Positions 9,690-18,797 of a stretch of DNA of 64,000 bases are shown in pieces (the first letter of the stretch is position 1; the number at the start of each line of letters is the position of its first letter). The notes under the pieces are model-generated. The model was not told the origin of the DNA. It worked only from the letters and a program-made list of their open reading frames with translations, and searched no databases. The stretch comes from Thermodesulfobacteriota bacterium (lineage in GTDB: Bacteria > Desulfobacterota > Desulfobacteria > Desulfobacterales > C00003060). The position numbers and the translations under genes were made by a program. The stretch spans positions 32,001 through 96,000 of the forward strand of contig JAXHVD010000003.1 in the NCBI GenBank assembly GCA_034189385.1. Direction: 5' to 3'.

Positions 9690-9802
9690 AAGTGCCCAAA
9701 GTGAGCTAGAGTATGTAAAGTCAGAAAAACAAGACCAAGTAATTTCAAGACTGCTTTCAACTCCTCAACTCAAGGCACTTCAGGCATTTTAGCTCACTCT
9801 AG
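9690..9802. repeat. Intergenic palindromic element built from degenerate 9-10-mers, copy 2
   Basis: AAGTGCCCAAAGTGAGCTAGAGTATGTAAAGT ... ACTCAAGGCACTTCAGGCATTTTAGCTCACTCTAG; same units as 8200-8306. Confidence 0.72.
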
Positions 9803-9807
9803 AAAGC

Positions 9808-12015
9808 CTATTCCAAAATAGGATCCATGGACAGCGCCGGATGACCTTTCTCCTCGAGAAAAGAAAGGATCTCCTCTTCGCTTGTCCCCACCGTTTCATC
9901 AGCAATCATGTCGGGAAGATCGGGGATGCCGATTTCTTCTGCCCTCTTCTTGAGGCGGTCTAAGACCTCTTCTTTCAGACGTTTTGGCATCCAAACCAGC
10001 CGTTTGATCCCACCGTCGCCGCTGATCCATTTCCTCTGCGTAAGATTGTATTTGCCGTGTCCCACAAAGCCTGGCACACTCATGCCGCCGCCGATGGTTC
10101 CCGCAAGGGTAGTGAATTTCATGCCGCAGGGCGTCATCCCCATGTAATCCCGGTCTACGGTCATGACGCCGTTACAAATAGGAAGTATGGCAGCGATGCA
10201 CTCGCAACACCCGCACGTGGTCATGGGGTCATGGACAATGCTGTAGAAATTGTAGTGATCCAATGCCTGCCGTGAGGCCTTGTAGAGAAAGGCATTGCAG
10301 CCCTTCCATTGACCAAGGTTGGCGTCTAGACATTCCCCCTTATCCACAGGCTGGTTCGGACCAGTGGGATTGATCTCATAAGAAGCCTTGCAGTCCATCC
10401 AGTTATAGGCCCCACACAGTCCCGTACGTTCGGGACTGATAATACAGACATGGTTCGGTGCAAAGGACTGGCACAAGGTGCAGGAGTAAAACACTTCCGT
10501 TGTCTCGTCTGTCATCCCCTCGATGCGCGCGTCCCTTACTTGGTATACTTGCCTTGCCTTTTCCACCATCTCCTTGACTTTGTCTTCTTCCGTATACAGC
10601 TTGATCTGGACCTTGTCAAAGATGGCTCCAAAATCTTGATGAAACTTTGCATGGAGGATGTCTCCGATGTGTTTGATCTTCAGCCCTTTTCCCGCTGCCG
10701 CCTTGGACATCCTTATCCAGGCAATGTCTCTTTGGCCGATGTGCATGAGACCCTGGGCATAGTTGACAAAATGATGAATCTGCCGTTCCAGGATAGGCTC
10801 GAAGTCCTCCTGCATCTTCCTGCCAGCAAACTCGGCCAAAATGGCCAGAGGCAGCCTTGCCCCTGGTTCCACGTCGTCCACATCAGGGCCAAAGACCTCG
10901 ATCTTGCCATCTTCCACTTGATCCATTTCCCTGGTAGTCACCCATTCCACAGCCGGGGTTCTACCACCGCCGAACTCCACGTAGAGATCGTCCTTGCGGA
11001 CCCGTTCCCCTTCAAAGGCTGGCCCGTAGGACACCGGTACGGGCACTTTTGCCACGCTTACCTTCAGGCCTCTAACCTCAATGGCCCTGGCTACCAGTTC
11101 ATTGTGGGGGACATTGGAGACCACATGTTCATAGGTACAAATGCCCGTTGGCCGGATCTCCGGGATCGCCGTATCGGCAATGACCGGAAAACCCCAATTG
11201 ATGGCACCGGCTGCATTGGCATACCACTCATCGGTTACCATGCCCAGGGGCAAAGCAAAGGCAAAGATACGATCCTTGTTGTAGAGCAGGTTCCGTCTGA
11301 AATCCCCTGGCTTCACCCCCCCAAAGGACATGGCGGCCCGTGTGGCAAATCCCATGGCAAATATGGTGGCCGTGTACTCTGGACCGAAGGAGACCAGCCG
11401 TGTCCCCCATCCGATCTGTATCCCCGCCTCCACCAACTGTTCAGACATGGTACGCCCTTCGTGATCGGCACACATGAAGACATAGAGATTCTTCTCCTGA
11501 AGCTCCTGGGCAAGCTGGACAGCGATCTCTTTGGTGGGAGGCGCCCCAAGAATGGCTGCAAAGCCTGGCGCGGTGCCGTCAACAAATTCAACACCCCGCT
11601 TGCGCAGTATGATGTCGTCAGCAGCCCCCAACCAGAGGTTGCCGTCAGCCGGCCCTTCCGTCTTGGTATAGAAATCAGGGGCCTCTAGATACCGGATGGC
11701 CTCAATCACCTCTTCTGCAAAAAGTGTGGCCATGCCAGCTTCCAGGGCCGGTGCCAGATAGGGAAGCCACACCTCATCGGCCACCATCTCCGGCAGCAAG
11801 GACCTGCACCGACCAAGGACCTCTTCCACATCTTTGAGGTTTTTCACAGCAATGCCCAAGATGCCATAGATGATGGGAAGATAATAGGCTGTGTTGGGGA
11901 ATCCGATTTCCTGTTCAGGTCCCCATTTCTCCATGGCTGCTTGATGCTTGTCTTGTGCCCGTTGGACGATCTTGTGGGCACCACGAATCGCTGCCGAGCA
12001 GATGATTTTTGACAC
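9808..12015 (-). CDS. acsB: Acetyl-CoA synthase (ACS) catalytic subunit
   Basis: FYSCTLCQSFAPNHVC, GLCGA, PMTTCGCCEC A-cluster motifs; GTG start. Confidence 0.97.
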   Translation of the reverse strand: MSKIICSAAIRGAHKIVQRAQDKHQAAMEKWGPEQEIGFPNTAYYLPIIYGILGIAVKNLKDVEEVLGRCRSLLPEMVADEVWLPYLAPALEAGMATLFAEEVIEAIRYLEAPDFYTKTEGPADGNLWLGAADDIILRKRGVEFVDGTAPGFAAILGAPPTKEIAVQLAQELQEKNLYVFMCADHEGRTMSEQLVEAGIQIGWGTRLVSFGPEYTATIFAMGFATRAAMSFGGVKPGDFRRNLLYNKDRIFAFALPLGMVTDEWYANAAGAINWGFPVIADTAIPEIRPTGICTYEHVVSNVPHNELVARAIEVRGLKVSVAKVPVPVSYGPAFEGERVRKDDLYVEFGGGRTPAVEWVTTREMDQVEDGKIEVFGPDVDDVEPGARLPLAILAEFAGRKMQEDFEPILERQIHHFVNYAQGLMHIGQRDIAWIRMSKAAAGKGLKIKHIGDILHAKFHQDFGAIFDKVQIKLYTEEDKVKEMVEKARQVYQVRDARIEGMTDETTEVFYSCTLCQSFAPNHVCIISPERTGLCGAYNWMDCKASYEINPTGPNQPVDKGECLDANLGQWKGCNAFLYKASRQALDHYNFYSIVHDPMTTCGCCECIAAILPICNGVMTVDRDYMGMTPCGMKFTTLAGTIGGGMSVPGFVGHGKYNLTQRKWISGDGGIKRLVWMPKRLKEEVLDRLKKRAEEIGIPDLPDMIADETVGTSEEEILSFLEEKGHPALSMDPILE

Positions 12016-12117
12016 CTTTCCACTACCTCGTCTGTTTGAGTTAGCCTTTAGCGCCTATCGACCTGGATACGCGCCGCACAACAGATGAAGGGTCTACCGC
12101 TCACGGCCACGGTGACA

Positions 12118-13065
12118 TCAGTTTGCCATCAAATCAGTGACGAAACCTCTGACCAGTTGAATAGCCTTTGGATGACGCATGATGAGGATATCTCCTCCCG
12201 CCAGCAGGAGCAAGAGCGCTGTCATGGCCTCAAGGAGGACGCCTCTTTTCAAAGGATCGCCCAACAAGGGGGCTTGCTCCGTGCTCAGTCTCGCCTCTTT
12301 TACCTTCCACACCTCCTTAGCCAAGTTGCACACAACGGGAAACTGGAGCCTCTCGTCCTCCTGGGTCAGGGCTGCCATCCGGTCTCTTTCCATGACGGAA
12401 TAACAATACTCCAATCCATATCCCAGCCCTGCCACAGTGGGATCTACAACAATGCCCTCGTCAGGCACGCCTAGGTTTCCCAACAGGATGTTCAGCTGTT
12501 TTGCCAGGTTGATATCAATGGGCGAAGAAGCAGCAATGGCGTGTTTATAGGCTATGGCAGCTGCGCCCAAAGCCTTGTGGCTATCTTCTTCCACGGGGCC
12601 GAGGATGAGGCTTTCTTCAGCGCAGGCCTCTGCCACCATCTTCAAGACCTCCGTATCCTTTTCCACGTTCCCGCTTCCCCACACCAAGACAGGGACTTCC
12701 ACGGCAGCAGCCACCTTCTTGGTCACCTCCACGGCCTGTTCAGCTGAGGCATTTTGGGCATTGGGGTCTGTGCTGGCCAACTGCAATGCCACCATCTCTG
12801 CCCCGTATACGGACACACACTTCTGGGCCCATGCTGCCGGGTCATTGATGACATCGGAAAACGGCTCCACTACCGCTTCAGGCCAGTCCTCAGGCGGCGC
12901 ATCATATACGTCCATGGCAATGACTGGCCGGTGGGGCATTTCTCCTTCAAAGAGATAAAAGGGATAGGAGGTCTCTCCTCCCACAGTGATTCGGTTCGCA
13001 TCTTTGCCCAACGGGATCTCCTTGATGACACCATTGTACGATATCTTCGGTGCTTCAAATACCAT
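12118..13065 (-). CDS. acsD: Corrinoid Fe-S protein small subunit (CODH/ACS delta)
   Basis: DINLAKQLN, GLGYGLEY.YSVMER.R.AAL, MRHP; start ATG 13065 with GAGGAG RBS. Confidence 0.96.
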   Translation of the reverse strand: MVFEAPKISYNGVIKEIPLGKDANRITVGGETSYPFYLFEGEMPHRPVIAMDVYDAPPEDWPEAVVEPFSDVINDPAAWAQKCVSVYGAEMVALQLASTDPNAQNASAEQAVEVTKKVAAAVEVPVLVWGSGNVEKDTEVLKMVAEACAEESLILGPVEEDSHKALGAAAIAYKHAIAASSPIDINLAKQLNILLGNLGVPDEGIVVDPTVAGLGYGLEYCYSVMERDRMAALTQEDERLQFPVVCNLAKEVWKVKEARLSTEQAPLLGDPLKRGVLLEAMTALLLLLAGGDILIMRHPKAIQLVRGFVTDLMAN

Positions 13066-13173
13066 ATTTACTCCTCTCCTCACGTCTTTAGGTTAGCTGA
13101 TAACCGATGACTGCTTCCGCTTAAAGGACCACGGCCAAAGCTTGTGTCATGGGGCACCAATCAAACACCGCCC

Positions 13174-14049
13174 CTACATACCTAATTCATCCAAGATGGA
13201 AGGAATCTTGTTCTCCCATCCCAAGGCCATGATGTGCACGCCGTCGCAAAGATCCTTCATCCCCTTGATCAGGCGAACAGCAATGTCCATACTGGCTTGC
13301 GCCTTATCCTCCGATGCCTTCATCTCGTCAATCAGGGGCTCTGGAACAAAGACCCCTGCCACGTTCTTGTTCATGTAGCGGGCCATACCCACCGATTTGA
13401 GCAAGATGACGCCACCTAACACCTTGGCACCAAAACCCTCCACACGCTTCATGAATTTCTCAAAGATATCCAAGTCATAGACGGCCTGGGTCTGAAAAAA
13501 CTTGGCGCCCGCCTCGATCTTCTTCTCCATCTTTATGATCTGCAGCTCCAGGGCAGCTTCATTATCTGCCCCGGGGTTTACAACGGCCCCGCACAAGAAG
13601 TGGGGCGCTCCCTTGAGTTCCTTTCCAGCCATGTCAACACCGGAATGCAGCTTCCTCGCAGCTTCCAGGAGTGTCACAGAGTCCAAATCGAAAACCGGTT
13701 TGGCCTTGGGATGATCCCCCAGCGTGGGATGGTCACCAGTGAGGGCAAGCATATTCCTGATCCCAAGAACCCAGCCGCTTAAGAGATCTGCCTGCAAGGC
13801 GAGCCTGTTGCGATCCCTGCACGTGACCTGATAGATGGGGTCGATTCCCCTGTCCTTTAGCAGATGACAGACCGCCATGGAGCCCAGGCGCATGACCGAG
13901 CTCTGTAGGTCTGTCACGTTCACAGCATCTACTCGATCTTTAATGATATCAGCATCTTTTAGCAAATGCTCTACATCCGTTCCCTTGCCAGGTCCGACCT
14001 CGGCAGTCACCAAGAACTTCCCTGATTCTAAGGCTTCTCTAAAGCTCAT
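13174..14049 (-). CDS. metF: Methylenetetrahydrofolate reductase, copy 2
   Basis: VTAEVGPGKG, AVNVTD, TCRDRNRLALQ, LTGDHP, KIEAGAKFFQTQ, GVHIM. Confidence 0.93.
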   Translation of the reverse strand: MSFREALESGKFLVTAEVGPGKGTDVEHLLKDADIIKDRVDAVNVTDLQSSVMRLGSMAVCHLLKDRGIDPIYQVTCRDRNRLALQADLLSGWVLGIRNMLALTGDHPTLGDHPKAKPVFDLDSVTLLEAARKLHSGVDMAGKELKGAPHFLCGAVVNPGADNEAALELQIIKMEKKIEAGAKFFQTQAVYDLDIFEKFMKRVEGFGAKVLGGVILLKSVGMARYMNKNVAGVFVPEPLIDEMKASEDKAQASMDIAVRLIKGMKDLCDGVHIMALGWENKIPSILDELGM

Positions 14050-14153
14050 GGCTCACCCCTTTACATGGACCATCTTCCATGGAAAATTAACGATTACAAG
14101 GCTCAAAAAAGAAAGCATCTCTTGGGGGGTTCAAAATACTTCGTCATCAATCG

Positions 14154-14819
14154 TCAATCCGCTTGCGTCTTTTCCACCTGCCGCAGATCCTCCCTGACTA
14201 CCCTTCCTGGGTGCACAGGCCAGTCTTTCACCTGGGGCCTTTCCTTGAGATAATGCAGCATGTCTAACCGCTTGAGGGCATAGTATATCTCCTGCCAGGC
14301 ACAGGGACGGTCCCTGGAGACCTCGCATTTCCCTCCTGATGCCCCTCCACATGCGCCATTGAGAAGGCCCTTGGCACATCGGGTCACGGGACACACACCA
14401 CCCGTCCTCCACAGGATACAGTCGCCACAGGCCTGGCAGTTCTCTGTCCAGACGCCTGTCTCCTTTTCCACCCCGATGAACTGGGTATTCAGGGCCGGCA
14501 AGACCGGTTTGTCAGGAAAACGACTGGCAACGGCTTGAACGCCATTGCCACAGGCCATGGAGAGGATAGCTTCATGGTTACCTATCTTCTCTTCCAGCCG
14601 ATCGATAAATCTATCGGCGCATTGTCTTGGGATGGTCGTCTTCTCGACAAAGATCTCCTTGTTTTCAGAAACAAGGGCCTCTGCGAGATTGTCTACCTGC
14701 TCTGCCCCACCGGCAGAGCAGAAGGTCACGCAGGCACCGCAACCTACCAAGAGGATCCTATGGTACGGAGCAACCATGTGCCGTATCTCTTCCATTTGCT
14801 TCTGTTCTGCAATGATCAT
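14154..14819 (-). CDS. metV: MetV-like Fe-S/Zn subunit of methylene-THF reductase, copy 2
   Basis: GCGAC...C, RQC, ACG.G, CQACGDC..GVCPVTRCAKGLLNGACGG...CEV...CAW. Confidence 0.9.
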   Translation of the reverse strand: MIIAEQKQMEEIRHMVAPYHRILLVGCGACVTFCSAGGAEQVDNLAEALVSENKEIFVEKTTIPRQCADRFIDRLEEKIGNHEAILSMACGNGVQAVASRFPDKPVLPALNTQFIGVEKETGVWTENCQACGDCILWRTGGVCPVTRCAKGLLNGACGGASGGKCEVSRDRPCAWQEIYYALKRLDMLHYLKERPQVKDWPVHPGRVVREDLRQVEKTQAD

Positions 14820-14836
14820 TCTATACCTCCAAGACG

Positions 14837-16324
14837 CTATGCTTCCGAGGGCAGCGACACGACAAAAGTCGTTCCTTTACCCACCTCGCTCTCCAAGTGG
14901 ACAAAACCATTATGGGCCTCCACGATCCCCTTTACGATGGATAGCCCTAGGCCCGAGCCTGATATGCTCTTAGTTTCCTCAGTCTTGATGCGATAGAATT
15001 TCTCAAAGACCCTGTTCAAGTCCTGCGGTGGAATCCCAATACCAGTATCAACGACTTTAAACCGAATGTCTTTGCCCTTTTTACGAAGGCTCACCTCTAC
15101 CCTGCCCCCTTTCGAGGTATACTTAATAGCATTGCTGATCAAATTGACAAAGATGGCCTGCACGCCCCCCCTGTCTCCGTTAAAGGCTGGGATATCGTCT
15201 GCGACATCGAACGTGATCTCCACACCCTTTTCTTCTGCAGACAGGCGCATCAGGTCCGCTGTCCGCTCCAACTCATCAGCCATATCCAGGTTCTCAATCT
15301 TCTGAATGGATTTGCCTTCTTGAAGGCGACGATAATCCAAGATGTCGTTCACGAGGGTAATCATACCTTTGGTCTTTTCCTTGGCCTTGCTGAGCAAATC
15401 GTCCTGTTTGGGAGTCAAATCTCCGGCCAACCCGTCTAAGACAACAGAAATCTGCATCAACAGAGAACTCAAGGGGGCCTTGAGTTCGTGAGAGACCATG
15501 GAAAGAAAATCGTCCCTCAGTTTATCCATGGCACTCACGCCTGTGACGTCGTGAAACAGACTCATTGCTCCGATAACGGTTCCTGCTGCATTTTTCACAG
15601 GGTCCACGTGAACGCGAAGGGTCTTGTCTCCCACCTTCACCACCGGCTCCTCGCCGGCCATAAGCGTGATAAGGGAAGTGTCCGACTTGATGGCCCGCAC
15701 AAACAGGGACAGCAGTTCGTCTGATGCCAAACAGACAGAAACAGGGCTCCCTATGGCCTTTTCCTCGGTCAACCCAAAAAGACGAGCGGCTTCGTCATTG
15801 AACAGGACGACGTTCGTCTGCCAATCGGTGACGACAAGGCCATCGCTGAAGCTGTGGAGAATGGCCAGGAGGTTTTCGTCATAGCTCACCTTGGTCAGAG
15901 CAGCCTGCCTTTGCCGGGTCAATATCCCCAGTTGGCGTCTCAGCCGAAAGGCCTCAATGGCACGGTTTATCTTTATTTCAAAATGCTCGGGAGTGAAGGT
16001 TTTCCGAAGGCAGTCGTAGGCCCCGGCGTGCATAGCCTCTAGGGCCTCCTCCCCACAGTCTTCGGACATGGCCATAATCAGGAGTTCGGGTCGAGCCCTT
16101 TGGAGCGTCTCAATGAGCGTTATGCCTCCCTCCTTTGGAAGGTCAAGGGAAAGGAGCATAATGTCTACCTCTGCCGGATGCCTCTGAATGATGCCCAGAG
16201 CCTCTTCCACAGATTCAGCCGTCCGAACCCTATGGCCCTCGTTTAAAAGGAGCTCCCGGCATTTCTGCATCATGGCGATATCGTTTTCCGCCACCAATAC
16301 GTTTATGCTTGGCTTGATTAACAT
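14837..16324 (-). CDS. Soluble hybrid histidine kinase (atypical receiver - PAS - HisKA - HATPase)
   Basis: VSHELKAPL H-box, NLISNAIKY N-box, DTGIGIP, GSGLGL; PAS DGLVVTD...FN; no TM helix seen. Confidence 0.92.
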   Translation of the reverse strand: MLIKPSINVLVAENDIAMMQKCRELLLNEGHRVRTAESVEEALGIIQRHPAEVDIMLLSLDLPKEGGITLIETLQRARPELLIMAMSEDCGEEALEAMHAGAYDCLRKTFTPEHFEIKINRAIEAFRLRRQLGILTRQRQAALTKVSYDENLLAILHSFSDGLVVTDWQTNVVLFNDEAARLFGLTEEKAIGSPVSVCLASDELLSLFVRAIKSDTSLITLMAGEEPVVKVGDKTLRVHVDPVKNAAGTVIGAMSLFHDVTGVSAMDKLRDDFLSMVSHELKAPLSSLLMQISVVLDGLAGDLTPKQDDLLSKAKEKTKGMITLVNDILDYRRLQEGKSIQKIENLDMADELERTADLMRLSAEEKGVEITFDVADDIPAFNGDRGGVQAIFVNLISNAIKYTSKGGRVEVSLRKKGKDIRFKVVDTGIGIPPQDLNRVFEKFYRIKTEETKSISGSGLGLSIVKGIVEAHNGFVHLESEVGKGTTFVVSLPSEA

Positions 16325-16337
16325 AGACTCACAAATC

Positions 16338-16715
16338 CTAGCTTAAGAGGGCCTCCACGCGTTTCACCAGCTCTTCAGATTCAACTGGCTTGGCAATATA
16401 GTCCTCAGCCTCCGTCATGAGACCCATATGCTGTGTATAGGCTGTTCTAAAGATGGCCTGGTCCACGGCAGTGAGAAGAACCACGGGGATCTCTTTAAGT
16501 TCCGGATCTGCTTTTAGGACGACACACACATCGTATCCGTTCATCTCAGGCATCATGACGTCCAGGATGACTAGGTCAGGTTTTTCCGCCCGCACTTTCT
16601 CTAGCCCCTCCTTTCCATCATGAGCCAGAATAACCTCGTAGGACTTGCTTTCCAAAAGGAGCGCTGTGGCCTCACAAAAATCCATGTCATCGTCTACTAA
16701 CAAGACCTTCTTCAT
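16338..16715 (-). CDS. Single-domain response regulator
   Basis: VLLVDDD, ILDVMMP, LLTA, YIAKP. Confidence 0.93.
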   Translation of the reverse strand: MKKVLLVDDDMDFCEATALLLESKSYEVILAHDGKEGLEKVRAEKPDLVILDVMMPEMNGYDVCVVLKADPELKEIPVVLLTAVDQAIFRTAYTQHMGLMTEAEDYIAKPVESEELVKRVEALLS

Positions 16716-16735
16716 GGCTACCTCTGTGTTTTGTC

Positions 16736-17143
16736 TTACTCTTTTGAAATTCTTTGAATGATTTTTCCGACCCTGTCGAGTAACACGCTGCTTTCCACGG
16801 GTTTTTCCACATAATCGTCAATGTCCAGGCGCACTCCAGTCTCCAATTCGTAGCGGCGCTGGCTGACCCCTTCTTGTACTGAGCTGAGGATGATGATCGG
16901 CATGGAGGCATACTTTGCATACCTGGGGTCCTTTAAGGCCTTGCAGACCTCGAAACCATCCATGTTGGGCATCAAGAGATCCAGAAGGAGCAAATCAAAG
17001 GGCTCCTCTTTCAGCTTTGACAGACATTGCTCCCCGTCTTCGGCCAGGACCACAGCGTATCCTGCAGACTCCAATATCATCTGCAAAGTCTCCCGCATGT
17101 CAGGGTCATCGTCCACAACCAAAATCTTAGTACTTGTTCCCAT
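16736..17143 (-). CDS. Single-domain response regulator
   Basis: ILVVDDD, LLDLLMP, LSS, YVEKP; start ATG 17143 behind a G-rich RBS. Confidence 0.92.
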   Translation of the reverse strand: MGTSTKILVVDDDPDMRETLQMILESAGYAVVLAEDGEQCLSKLKEEPFDLLLLDLLMPNMDGFEVCKALKDPRYAKYASMPIIILSSVQEGVSQRRYELETGVRLDIDDYVEKPVESSVLLDRVGKIIQRISKE

Positions 17144-17212
17144 GTCATCCCCCCCTAGTTGCCTGGCCATGGGTCATCTGTTATCCCTTCTGAGCAACCC
17201 CAAAGTGAGACT

Positions 17213-18130
17213 CTAGACGATCGGCCTGGGCATCAAGCCGGCTTCCTCCACAATTCGCGGTACAATGTCTTCCCAGGCTACGGCCATGATGTGCACACCG
17301 TGGATCCCGTCAACCTCCTTGAGCTGCTCAATGGTCTCAAGGCAGATCCGCACCCCTTCTTCCTTGGGATCCTTGGCATCGCCCATCCGATCAACGATCG
17401 CCTTTGGCACGCTAAGGCCAGACACGTTGTTTCGCATGTAGCGCGCCATGCCAACGGACTTAATCGGTATGAGCCCGGCAAGTATGTGGGTTTTTTCATC
17501 CAGGCCCCTGTCTTTAACCATCGTCATCCACTCAACGAATTTGGCCATGTCAAATATGCCCTGGGTTTGGATGAAGTCTGCGCCGGCCTTCACCTTTTTG
17601 GCCAAACGGGTGACGCGAAATACAAAGGGATCGGCAAAAGGATTGGCTGCTGCACCAATAAAGAAGGGGGTGTCTCCTGAAAATTCTTCACCGTTGATGA
17701 ATTGGTGTTCATCCCGCATGTTTTTGACCATCTGAAGGAACTGTATGGAATCGATGTCATATACCCCCTTGGCCGTGGGGTGATTGCCGAAACGCTGATG
17801 ATCGCCGGAAAGGCAAAGGACATTTCGAATACCCAGGGCCGCCGCCCCTATGAGATCACCCTGCAGGGCGAGACGATTCCGGTCTCTGACAACCATCTGC
17901 AGGACCGGCTCCACGCCCACTTCTTTTAACAGCACACAGCCGCTCATGCTGGACATGCGCACAATCGCGGTCTGGTTGTCTGTCACATTCAAGGCGTCAC
18001 AGCAAAACTTGAGAAGGTCGCCCTTTCTCCTAATGACGGTGGGGGCCGGTCCCTTTGGAGGCCCACACTCGGCCGTGACAGCGAATTGCCCGCTTTCCAA
18101 TATCCTTTCCAGATTGCTTCCTGCCTTCAT
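17213..18130 (-). CDS. metF: Methylenetetrahydrofolate reductase, copy 1
   Basis: VTAECGPPKG, LNVTDNQTA, RDRNRLALQ, LSGDH, KKVKAGADFIQTQ, GVHIMA. Confidence 0.94.
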   Translation of the reverse strand: MKAGSNLERILESGQFAVTAECGPPKGPAPTVIRRKGDLLKFCCDALNVTDNQTAIVRMSSMSGCVLLKEVGVEPVLQMVVRDRNRLALQGDLIGAAALGIRNVLCLSGDHQRFGNHPTAKGVYDIDSIQFLQMVKNMRDEHQFINGEEFSGDTPFFIGAAANPFADPFVFRVTRLAKKVKAGADFIQTQGIFDMAKFVEWMTMVKDRGLDEKTHILAGLIPIKSVGMARYMRNNVSGLSVPKAIVDRMGDAKDPKEEGVRICLETIEQLKEVDGIHGVHIMAVAWEDIVPRIVEEAGLMPRPIV

Positions 18131-18795
18131 GACTCAAGATCCTCCCTGACCATCTTTCTGGGGCCGCCGTGTCCGGCCGGTGACCAGTCCTTGACGGGAA
18201 AGATCTCCTCTAGCATCTCCAGCCGATTCAGCTTGGTGAGGCGGTCTATGATGAGTTGCCATACACAATCTACCTCTTTGCTGATTTCACATTTTCCATC
18301 CACCGAACCGCCGCAGGGGCCATTTAAGAGTTGCTTGGAGCACCTGGCAATGGGACAAAGCCCGGCCGTCTTGTCCAGGATGCAGTTTCCGCAGCCAGCG
18401 CAGCGCTCTGACCAGACCCCCAGTCTTTCAGTCACCCCCAAAAAGGTCGTGTTGCAGCCAGGCAGGATGACCTTGTCTGGAAATCGCTCAGCCAAAAGTT
18501 GAACCCCTGCTCCGCAGGCCAAAGAGAGAACGGCATCGCATTGGGCCACCTCTTTTTCGGTCATATCAATGAATTCAGGCTCGCACTGCCTGGCAACAGC
18601 GTCATATAAGACCTCACTCTTGTCGCCCGACATCTTCCTGGCCACACGAATGGCAGCAGCCAGGACTTCGGCCTCTTTCTTGCCACCTGCCAACGACATG
18701 GCGGCACAGGTCTCACATCCCAGCACCAGCAGGCGTCCGCACCCCTTGGTCATCTTTTCAATCTCTTCAAATGGCTTCTGCTCTAAAGTAATCAC
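18127..18795 (-). CDS. metV: MetV-like subunit, copy 1
   Basis: GCETC, RQCE, ACGAG, CAGCGNC...CPIARCSKQLLNGPCGG...CEI...CVW; 4-nt overlap with metF. Confidence 0.92.
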   Translation of the reverse strand: MITLEQKPFEEIEKMTKGCGRLLVLGCETCAAMSLAGGKKEAEVLAAAIRVARKMSGDKSEVLYDAVARQCEPEFIDMTEKEVAQCDAVLSLACGAGVQLLAERFPDKVILPGCNTTFLGVTERLGVWSERCAGCGNCILDKTAGLCPIARCSKQLLNGPCGGSVDGKCEISKEVDCVWQLIIDRLTKLNRLEMLEEIFPVKDWSPAGHGGPRKMVREDLES

Positions 18796-18797
18796 GG

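Noticed and set aside
8200..9802. CRISPR array or IS ends
   Set aside because: Units are 9-10 nt, degenerate and inverted, with no regular spacers, cas genes or transposase.
10450..11688. Long antisense ORF (412 aa), and similar ones at 27401-28312, 20190-20972, 30565-31317 and 59054-59782
   Set aside because: Shadow frames of well-supported genes, with no motifs or RBS support.
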